A program made the position numbers and the translations under genes. The notes beneath the pieces are model-generated. The model had not been told where the DNA came from and did no database searches. It saw only the letters and a program-made list of their open reading frames with translations. Positions 25,031-32,000 of a stretch of 32,000 nt of DNA are shown here, piece by piece. The DNA comes from Erysipelothrix larvae (lineage in GTDB: Bacteria; Bacillota_I; Bacilli_A; Erysipelotrichales; Erysipelotrichaceae): positions 1,980,001 through 2,012,000 of the forward strand of contig NZ_CP013213.1 in NCBI RefSeq assembly GCF_001545095.1, given 5' to 3'. Within the stretch, counting starts at the first letter, position 1; the number at the start of each line of letters is the position of its first letter.

Positions 25031-28000
25031 TTACTTCATTTCTTTTCGCCGTAAATAGTACACACCAAGAAGAACAAGCATTCCACCAACAATCAAACGA
25101 GTTGGTTGAAGTGTATATGAAACACTTCCTACATTGACGATCTCTTGTTGATCGGTTTCGGTTTGATTTGATATGCGATCTTCCCCATCCACAGTTTCTT
25201 GTTCAACTGGTGGTGTTGGTTGTACATCTGGTGGTGTTGGTTGTACATCCGGTGGTGTTGGTTGTACATCCGGTGGTGTTGGTTGCACATCCGGTGGTGT
25301 TGGTTGTACATCCGGTGGCGTTGGTTGTACATCCGGTGGTGTTGGTTGTACATCCGGTGGTGTTGGTGTTGATAATACATAGAAGCCAAAGAGACTAAAT
25401 GAGTCGATTTCAAATTCCAATGCATTATTTTGAACCACAGACCGGAAAGTCTCAAAGGTTCCATCATTCTTTTGGTGGACAATTAACACTTCCACACCAT
25501 CTGGCTGATTTATATCAACAAGGGTAGCGCGAACACGGTCACCGCTTGGAATTTGATAATCTTGCATGGTTAAGATATCAACTAACTTTAAATCTAACAT
25601 TCTAATTAATGAGTATTGGTCAAGCTGTGTCTCCGTCGGTTCAAATGTTACGTCAGTTGGCGTTACGGGTGTTGAAATTAAGCGAACGTTCCACGCAACA
25701 TTGTCAATGATTGCATGGTCTGTCGTATGATACAGCTCCCTCACCTGTTCTTGGGCACGTTGAAGTGCTTCTAATAGAGGGGCTTGTTCTTGGGCGCTCA
25801 GTGTATTGAAGGTCTGTGTAGCGAGAATCACCACTTCTGCATAAGCTTCATCACTGAGCTGAGTGTTGATCTGCGCAATGATTTGATCCATTGCTTCTGA
25901 ATTCACAACACTCAAGGTTCCTTTGATAAAGGTAATGGTGTAGTCACGATGCTCAAATGGAATCTCTTCCACAATGTCATATTCGCCAACACCTTCACCC
26001 TGTGATATCAGTGTACCACCAAGGTCGTCTTGAATGCTTGGACTTATTGTATAGGTAAAGTCTGGCATAGCTTCTCCTAGGTGTCGTGTGACATGATTGG
26101 CTTGGACGACTACGTCCATCGGGCTTACAGTCACAACCGCTGTGGCGATTGCGTCTTCATAGAGTCCATCACTGCGTTGTGTTGCGCTGATCATAACTCT
26201 TGTATCGTGTGTTGCATGGTGGAAGGTTGCCATGCCAGAGTCTGCATCAACCGATACTAACTCAGGATGAGAGGATGTCCATGTGATTGGACTACTGCCC
26301 AACACACCCTCAAGGCCTTCATTCAAGTCAAGGGGTTGATCCCCATACTGTACATTAAGCATCCCTCCATATAAGGTTGGGTTTGAACTAATATCGAATA
26401 CTTGGATCGTGAGTGTGGTTGTTCCTATACCACTTTGGTCCATTGAATCAAGTACACCAAGTGGGTGGTATGAAATTTCAAAGGTATGGATTCCTTGTGG
26501 CAGGGTTTTAAGGTAAGCATTCTTGAAGATGAGTGCGTTTTGGATTACTTCCACTGCATCATTTGAACCCAGTATATTCCCCTCTTGTGTGTGACGTTCA
26601 ATTGCCTTTACGACATTTCCATTCATTTCAATCTCAACACGCAGATCACTGGATTGTGCTTTTGAGAATTCCTGTTCAATTTCAGGTTCACTGTCTTTAA
26701 AGACAACCAAGCCATCCGATCCAATTAAGGTGATATTTTGATTGCTGTCCGTGATTTTAAGGTACACAAACCCAACAAAATTTGCATCCAACGTAAGGGT
26801 ATACCCATTCACAATTTGAATCATATCGGGGTTGTATTCAAGGTCTTCTTCACTGAGTGAATTCTCAGAGAGAAGATAGGATAAATGTAAGGAATCAGGC
26901 GCTTCTATATCGTCAGCACTAAAATTAACAGAGAGCGTATCTTTACCAAAGAGTCCAAAGGTAATGGTTTTCACCAAAGTATCCCACAGGTTTTCGTTAA
27001 TGGTAATGGATCCAGTTGGTGGATTGTCTTTGATGGTAATCATGCCAATGCTTTGAGTATCAATCACATACTTATCTTCAAGGTCAATCGTATAGGATAT
27101 TTCATATTGTCCTGGCAGTTCAGTATTTTCATTAAAGTCGACTGCTAAGGTGTCCCCATTCACAAGCCCATTTATTTCATAGGTATACTCAGGTTCTGAA
27201 CCCATATAGTATTTCTCTTGATCGTTAATGGTTAAGCTGATGGATTTTGGTTCAACCTTAACCTGAATCGTCGCACTTGCTTGTGTATAGTCTTGGGTTT
27301 CTTCTTGTGTCACAGTAATGTCAATGACATTTTCAGATGCTTTGTGCAGTGTAATCACTCCAGTATGTGCGTCAATGGAAAGCACCGATGGGTCACTGAT
27401 GGTATAGTGTATTTCACCTGGCCTATTTGAGTTAACTGGAAAATGAACGCCTTGATCCCCATAGGTCACTGTTTGAATACCTGACGGCACCTCCAACACG
27501 GTATTATTTTTTCCTTGGATATTAATGGAAATCAGGGTGTCGTTGACACCAATTGTACCTTCTGGAAGCGGTTCTTCATAACCCAATGGATAATAACTGA
27601 CGATAAAATCGTGTGTTCCGTTTGGTAACGATTCAAGGTATGCTTGGGTAAATGTGATGGTATCAACGCCATAAGATACGACATCTTCACCCAGCGTCTC
27701 ACCCTTGTATTGAATCGCTTTTACCGTGTTTTGACGCATCTCAACTGTTAGTTCAAGATCATCGTCACGTTCACGATTGAAATCTGCTTGGAGGAATGGA
27801 TTACTTTCTGCAACAATCAGGATACCAGGGGTTCGTGACATCTTGAGAAAACCAAATTCATCGGTTGTTTCCATGTAGATAACCCCTTTGAATGGTTGTG
27901 TTATGTTCAATGTATAGGTATTTTGTCCCGGTGACAACGGTTGACGTTGCATGTTTGTCTTCCAATGCTCACTGTCCCTTAAGGATGCTTCATCCATATA

Positions 28001-29839
28001 GAACGCATCGACCATCAGGTAATTAAAGGCCTTTTGTTCTGTAGCACTTTCGTTTACTTCAAATTCCACGATTATCGGTGTCTTATACATGGTATCGTAG
28101 GTTGTGGTGGTAAGAAATCTAGACCAATTATCAGACCCTATGGTTATGATCGGAAGGTGGGTGCTTGCTGTTCGTACTGTCCCACCACTTATTATTGCGC
28201 CTTCAAAATAGAGATCGTTCTCTTCGCTTTTCACATAGACTTCATAGGTTGTTTCGGGTTCAAGTTCGGTGATGATGTTACTGGAAGACCATTGTATTTC
28301 TCCATTTATTATCACACCATAGAGGATCCTTTGTCCTGTTTGTGTTTCAAGTTCAGCATTAATGCGTATTGAATCAGATCCCAGTGTGGTGGCAGTTATG
28401 TCGCTAATGGCAGCACCCGTCTTCTTAAGAAAATTGAGTGTTGCTTGGAATGTCCGCACCTCATAAAGGATATCATCAGGCGTAAACCTTAATGACACTG
28501 TATGGGATGATTCATGAAACTCAGAATTGTCATTGAGTTCAGGTTCTGATGCAATTATTTCTAGACTTCCTAAAATCACACTGTTGGTATCCGCATCCTT
28601 TACTTCAATACGATTTATAAGTTCAGTTGCGGTGGTACCTAAGGTTAGGTTCTCAAGGGTATCCTCGTTTAATGTGATCGGTTTTCGATCCACTCGGGTA
28701 CTGTCACTTGAAATCTGTTTGACCCTTTCATCACTTGAAGTCTGCATTCGAATGAGTTCAGGGGTATGATGTGTCTGATCGGTACTGGTCGTTTTCTCCC
28801 ATGCTTGACCGCCCAGGTATGCCATAGTTCCATTAATGCCAAGTGCATTACTTGCAAGCATTTGTGCTAGCGTCAATTCGGTCAATCCCTCAATACCTGC
28901 TGTCTCAAATCCTGGTCGTTGGTAGACGTAACCCCCAAAAATACTACCGGATGACCTTCCAATAAAAAGTCCAATCGATTCCATATTTGTTTGGATCGCT
29001 ACATCTGAAGTTGAATACGATTTATTTATACTGCTTTGGTTGTTACCCACAAAGCCACCCGTTGCAGTTGTACCAGAAACAGACCCCGTTGAATAGCTGT
29101 CACTGATTTGGTTATTGTTATTGCCTACAAGGCCTCCGACATTTGTTGTGCCATTAACCCTAGCACTCGCAAACGATTCTGATATGGTTGCGGAAGAATA
29201 TCCAACTAAACCGCCGACATTGATGGTTCCTTGAACAATTGCAGTAGAAACACTCGTCATTATTGACCCAGACATAGAACCAACAAGACCGCCGACATCA
29301 TTACTGCCTGTTACGCTTCCAGATACATGGACGCCTTCGATAGTAGAATTTACAGCTTGCCCTGCCAGGATACCAACATAATTGGTGCCATCAACGCCAG
29401 TTGAATTGGTGAAAATCGTAAGGCTTGAAATGGTCGCATTGCTAAGATATCCAAAGAGACCGGCATGGGTTTCTTCCGGGTATCTGGTAGAAATAGCTAA
29501 TCCGTAAATAGTCTTTGCATTGCCATTAATGTTTCCTGAGAAAGGATGGGTTTCATTCCCGATTGGTGTCCATCTTTTGTTCAGAGAAATGTCCGTTTCT
29601 AAACGATAATACCTTGAAGCTGTAATTCCGCCAGAAGCGACATAAGTTTGTAATGCCTCTAACTCGGACTGACTATTGATACTGCAGACGTTGGCAGCAT
29701 CGTAGCCACAGGTATCATAGTAGTTTTCGTCTTCAGCGAATATCGGTGTGATATGTATGGTCATAACCGTCATGCATACTGTACACAATACACATATATG
29801 CTGAAGGAGTGCGCGAAATACAGCGTCTCTTTTATTCAT
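25031..29839 (-). CDS. Large secreted surface protein with GLUG-motif region, duplicated Ig-like/MBG modules, proline-rich repeats and a C-terminal TM anchor
   Basis: 1602 aa. The signal peptide ends at IFA/ED. GLUG-type repeats are present (DVGGLVG, INVGGLVG, TNVGGLVG, ATGGFVG). Two modules of about 375 aa each end in an MBG-like segment (YGDQ..., KYYMGSEPEYTYEINGLVNGDTL and HLGEAMPDFTYTISP...GEGVGEYDI). Then come 7x PTPPDVQ and the terminal LIVGGMLVLLGVYYLRRKEMK. Confidence 0.85.
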   Translation of the reverse strand: MNKRDAVFRALLQHICVLCTVCMTVMTIHITPIFAEDENYYDTCGYDAANVCSINSQSELEALQTYVASGGITASRYYRLETDISLNKRWTPIGNETHPFSGNINGNAKTIYGLAISTRYPEETHAGLFGYLSNATISSLTIFTNSTGVDGTNYVGILAGQAVNSTIEGVHVSGSVTGSNDVGGLVGSMSGSIMTSVSTAIVQGTINVGGLVGYSSATISESFASARVNGTTNVGGLVGNNNNQISDSYSTGSVSGTTATGGFVGNNQSSINKSYSTSDVAIQTNMESIGLFIGRSSGSIFGGYVYQRPGFETAGIEGLTELTLAQMLASNALGINGTMAYLGGQAWEKTTSTDQTHHTPELIRMQTSSDERVKQISSDSTRVDRKPITLNEDTLENLTLGTTATELINRIEVKDADTNSVILGSLEIIASEPELNDNSEFHESSHTVSLRFTPDDILYEVRTFQATLNFLKKTGAAISDITATTLGSDSIRINAELETQTGQRILYGVIINGEIQWSSSNIITELEPETTYEVYVKSEENDLYFEGAIISGGTVRTASTHLPIITIGSDNWSRFLTTTTYDTMYKTPIIVEFEVNESATEQKAFNYLMVDAFYMDEASLRDSEHWKTNMQRQPLSPGQNTYTLNITQPFKGVIYMETTDEFGFLKMSRTPGILIVAESNPFLQADFNRERDDDLELTVEMRQNTVKAIQYKGETLGEDVVSYGVDTITFTQAYLESLPNGTHDFIVSYYPLGYEEPLPEGTIGVNDTLISINIQGKNNTVLEVPSGIQTVTYGDQGVHFPVNSNRPGEIHYTISDPSVLSIDAHTGVITLHKASENVIDITVTQEETQDYTQASATIQVKVEPKSISLTINDQEKYYMGSEPEYTYEINGLVNGDTLAVDFNENTELPGQYEISYTIDLEDKYVIDTQSIGMITIKDNPPTGSITINENLWDTLVKTITFGLFGKDTLSVNFSADDIEAPDSLHLSYLLSENSLSEEDLEYNPDMIQIVNGYTLTLDANFVGFVYLKITDSNQNITLIGSDGLVVFKDSEPEIEQEFSKAQSSDLRVEIEMNGNVVKAIERHTQEGNILGSNDAVEVIQNALIFKNAYLKTLPQGIHTFEISYHPLGVLDSMDQSGIGTTTLTIQVFDISSNPTLYGGMLNVQYGDQPLDLNEGLEGVLGSSPITWTSSHPELVSVDADSGMATFHHATHDTRVMISATQRSDGLYEDAIATAVVTVSPMDVVVQANHVTRHLGEAMPDFTYTISPSIQDDLGGTLISQGEGVGEYDIVEEIPFEHRDYTITFIKGTLSVVNSEAMDQIIAQINTQLSDEAYAEVVILATQTFNTLSAQEQAPLLEALQRAQEQVRELYHTTDHAIIDNVAWNVRLISTPVTPTDVTFEPTETQLDQYSLIRMLDLKLVDILTMQDYQIPSGDRVRATLVDINQPDGVEVLIVHQKNDGTFETFRSVVQNNALEFEIDSFSLFGFYVLSTPTPPDVQPTPPDVQPTPPDVQPTPPDVQPTPPDVQPTPPDVQPTPPDVQPTPPVEQETVDGEDRISNQTETDQQEIVNVGSVSYTLQPTRLIVGGMLVLLGVYYLRRKEMK
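25202..25369 (-). repeat. 21-bp tandem coding repeat (7 copies of PTPPDVQ plus one degenerate copy)
   Basis: The unit GGTGGTGTTGGTTGTACATC(T/C) repeats head to tail on the + strand with a few synonymous variants. Confidence 0.95.
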
Positions 29840-30012
29840 ATTATTTCCCCCTTAATCAAAAGTGACCTATTTTGCATTTCAAAAAAGCACTCTTGTTTCT
29901 TAGAATACAACCATAACATCATGTTTCGGGGTTTTAATATTCTTCTTTTTTTTACCTATAAAAAAGTATAAGTCTATATTTATCTTGTTTCGTGGGATGA
30001 TTAGACGGGCTT

Positions 30013-30041
30013 AAAAAAAACATCCACATGTATGAGGATGC
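30013..30041 (-). terminator. Terminator after the HAD hydrolase gene
   Basis: The minus strand reads GCATCC-TCATACATGT-GGATGT followed by T8, 9 nt after the stop at 30050. Confidence 0.5.
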
Positions 30042-30049
30042 TTATTTAG

Positions 30050-30835
30050 TTAGATTAAGTTGAAGTATTTCAAGCCATTCACGATACCATCCGATTCTAC
30101 GGATGAGGTCACGTGCGTTGCAACCTGTTTGAGTGCTTCATTGCTGTCTTGCATAGCGACAGAAGTTTTTACACTCATAAACATCTCGAGATCATTGGCT
30201 TCATCACCAAAGGCCATGGCTTCATCTGGCGTTAGTCCAAGTTTTTTTAAGACATGTTCCACTGCAACGCCTTTGTTGATGTCTTTAAGGCAAATATCAA
30301 AGGCATGCGGGCCGAATTTACGAATTGTTAGCTTTTCATCCAAATGATTTACATACTGTGCAACATCATACCCATTCCCTATTACTTGAAATACGTCATA
30401 GTGCTTCAAATCCTCGATATGGTGGATGGTTTGTAGATCATCGCCCATAAAACTCAAGTCACTTTTAGGGGGGCCTATGCGATAGTCTCCTTTGGATGTT
30501 TCAACAAAAATATTGAGGTCACAAACACCTTCAAGGACGTGAATTGCTTGGACTACCAATTCGTATGGAATCACATTGATATCGAGAATGGCTCCATGAT
30601 GAATCACGATATTTCCATTTGAACAAATAAGGGTATCAATCTCTAAAATATCTTCAAATGGTTTCATACTTGCATAACTGCGTCCAGTTGCGATGGCCAC
30701 CAAAACACCGTTTTCTTTGAGTTTATGAATGGCTTGTTTCGCACTGAATGGAATGCGTTCTAAAAAACCAAGCGAATGGTCTGCATTACTGGCAAGTGTG
30801 CCATCGACATCAAAGAATACAATTTTTATGCTCAT
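30050..30835 (-). CDS. Cof-type HAD-IIB family hydrolase (sugar-phosphatase-like)
   Basis: Start MSIKIVFFDVDGTL (HAD motif I DxDGT), with AAGGAG upstream and an ATGA overlap with the preceding gene's stop. It also has ATGR (motif II region) and GDEANDLEM (motif IV). Confidence 0.85.
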   Translation of the reverse strand: MSIKIVFFDVDGTLASNADHSLGFLERIPFSAKQAIHKLKENGVLVAIATGRSYASMKPFEDILEIDTLICSNGNIVIHHGAILDINVIPYELVVQAIHVLEGVCDLNIFVETSKGDYRIGPPKSDLSFMGDDLQTIHHIEDLKHYDVFQVIGNGYDVAQYVNHLDEKLTIRKFGPHAFDICLKDINKGVAVEHVLKKLGLTPDEAMAFGDEANDLEMFMSVKTSVAMQDSNEALKQVATHVTSSVESDGIVNGLKYFNLI

Positions 30836-31179
30836 GATTGCTCCTTTACACACTGTATTTCAATGGCCAATGCACCATAGGTTTCAATTGCTTCTTGAGC
30901 ATAATAATGATACATATCACGATAATCACTGATTTCATCTTTTTTGTATCCCAAACGTGTTGGCTCATACGCTTCAAAGAGTTCTTTAAATGATTTAAAA
31001 GGGGTCAATGCAGTGACTGTTGCATTAAACCGTTCGCGTGTTGTGAGGTTTGTAAAGATAATGGTATCACCCACTTCAATGAGTTGGCGTTTTTCATCAT
31101 TGATTCTCATTTCCACATCTTTCATCCCTAAACGAATCATATCATACGCATCATTTTCTAGGTTCATTTTAATAATCAT
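30832..31179 (-). CDS. ASCH domain-containing protein
   Basis: About 115 aa starting at MIIKMNL, with RBS AGAGGTGA upstream. The pattern DMIRLGMKDVEMRINDEKRQLIEVGDTIIF...YGALAIEI resembles the ASCH beta-barrel fold family. Confidence 0.65.
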   Translation of the reverse strand: MIIKMNLENDAYDMIRLGMKDVEMRINDEKRQLIEVGDTIIFTNLTTRERFNATVTALTPFKSFKELFEAYEPTRLGYKKDEISDYRDMYHYYAQEAIETYGALAIEIQCVKEQS

Positions 31180-31358
31180 GGGGTCATCACCTCTTTTATC
31201 CATGTTCAGTATACCACGAGTTTCGCTTAAAATCTGTGGTGAGCATGATTTATAGGGGGTTATGTATCAACTTGGAAATCAGTTTCATAAAACACCACGC
31301 TCCATCGCTATCAAAGAAAATAAATGACCGTCATGGGGATATGATGGCCTAGCATACT

Positions 31359-32000
31359 TTATGTACACATTTGATTCAACCACTTGATGAAAGGTTGTAG
31401 GGATTTGGGTTTACTGAAGAAAAACCCTTGAAGATTCTTACATTTTAGTTCTTTTAAAAAGGTTCGATCTTCCAGTGTCTCCACCCCTTCCGCAACGGTT
31501 TGAACACCAATGTGACTGCACAAGTCAAAGATGGCTTGAGTCAGTCTTCGTTTGTAATTTTGATCATGGATCCCTGTAATAAACATCTTGTCAATCTTCA
31601 CGATATCCACCTCAAAATCGGATAAAAATGAAAGGGAGGATTCACCTTTTCCAAAATCATCCAAAGCCAATCTAAAGCCGATTTGCTTCAGTTGTTTACA
31701 GATTGATTGGGTTTTAGATACGTTATTCATCGCAACACGCTCCGTAATTTCAAACACAACATCTTTGGGATCAATGTGATATTGATGAGCCAGTGATTTC
31801 ACAATCTCTACAAAGTTTGGATCTTCAATTTGCTTGCCTGATAAATTGATGGACATATAGAAATCCTGTTTCGTGGATCGTTTTTTGATGTGTTTCATAT
31901 CATGAAATACATGTTCAATAATCCAATTTCCTAAAGGAATCATCAGGCCTGTATTCTCAGAATACGATATGAATTCATGGGGGGATACAAACCCCAATTG
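31359..32000 (-). CDS. EAL-domain c-di-GMP phosphodiesterase (C-terminal part; 5' end lies outside the window)
   Basis: The frame is open to the window edge. Canonical catalytic motifs are present: NLSGKQ, EITERV, ALDDFGKGESSLSFL, KIDKMFI, VAEGVETLED and LQGFFFSKP. Confidence 0.85.
   Translation of the reverse strand, partial: QLGFVSPHEFISYSENTGLMIPLGNWIIEHVFHDMKHIKKRSTKQDFYMSINLSGKQIEDPNFVEIVKSLAHQYHIDPKDVVFEITERVAMNNVSKTQSICKQLKQIGFRLALDDFGKGESSLSFLSDFEVDIVKIDKMFITGIHDQNYKRRLTQAIFDLCSHIGVQTVAEGVETLEDRTFLKELKCKNLQGFFFSKPKSLQPFIKWLNQMCT

Noticed and set aside
25168-25398. Two + strand ORFs (76 and 69 aa) with highly repetitive sequences (HPVVLVV... and GGVGCTS...).
   Set aside because: They are antisense read-throughs of the 21-bp PTPPDVQ coding repeat of the 1602-aa gene. 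They are low-complexity, have no RBS, and lie wholly inside a well-supported gene on the other strand.
30836-30853. A longer start for the HAD hydrolase (MCKGAIMSIK...), and a longer start for the ASCH protein (31180-31203).
   Set aside because: The internal ATGs have proper RBS spacing (AAGGAG and AGAGGTGA). The HAD internal start forms an ATGA overlap with the upstream stop, and the DxDGT motif then sits at the usual distance from the N-terminus.

Overview
The gene content (LPXTG adhesin, Mga-like regulators, Spx/ArsC-like protein, YitT, IS200/IS605, ISL3) points to a low-GC Gram-positive (Bacillota-type) chromosome. The exact lineage cannot be determined by eye.

Layout, left to right:
- 3' end of an FtsX/MacB-type ABC permease.
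- A convergent Mga-like regulator.
- A three-gene cassette: PepT-like M20 peptidase, YitT membrane protein and a 386-aa two-domain membrane protein. It recurs about 15 kb away as a diverged paralogous copy in inverted orientation.
- Between the two cassette copies, a mosaic accessory segment: an orphan AAA15/21-like ATPase with degenerate catalytic motifs; a complete IS200/IS605 element (TnpA + TnpB + structured right end); a two-gene operon of a catalytically degenerate EAL-like protein and an SxxC Spx/ArsC-like protein that appears to need an ATC start codon; a 1718-aa LPSTG-anchored adhesin with six 264-bp Cna-B-type repeats; its upstream Mga-like regulator; an ECF-type sigma factor with a fused C-terminal transmembrane tail; and an ISL3 element.
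- Right of the second cassette: a 1602-aa GLUG/MBG-domain surface protein with a 21-bp (PTPPDVQ) tandem repeat and a non-LPXTG C-terminal anchor, a Cof-type HAD hydrolase, an ASCH-domain protein and a canonical EAL phosphodiesterase cut by the window edge.

I saw no rRNA, tRNA or CRISPR array. No single clear novel system is evident. The more unusual items are:
- a candidate C-rich small RNA (about 1594-1758);
- the EAL-like/Spx-like pair;
- the sigma, Mga-like regulator and adhesin block bounded by two IS elements;
- the degenerate orphan ATPase;
- the inverted paralogous cassettes.

All family calls come from motif recognition by eye. No database search was run.
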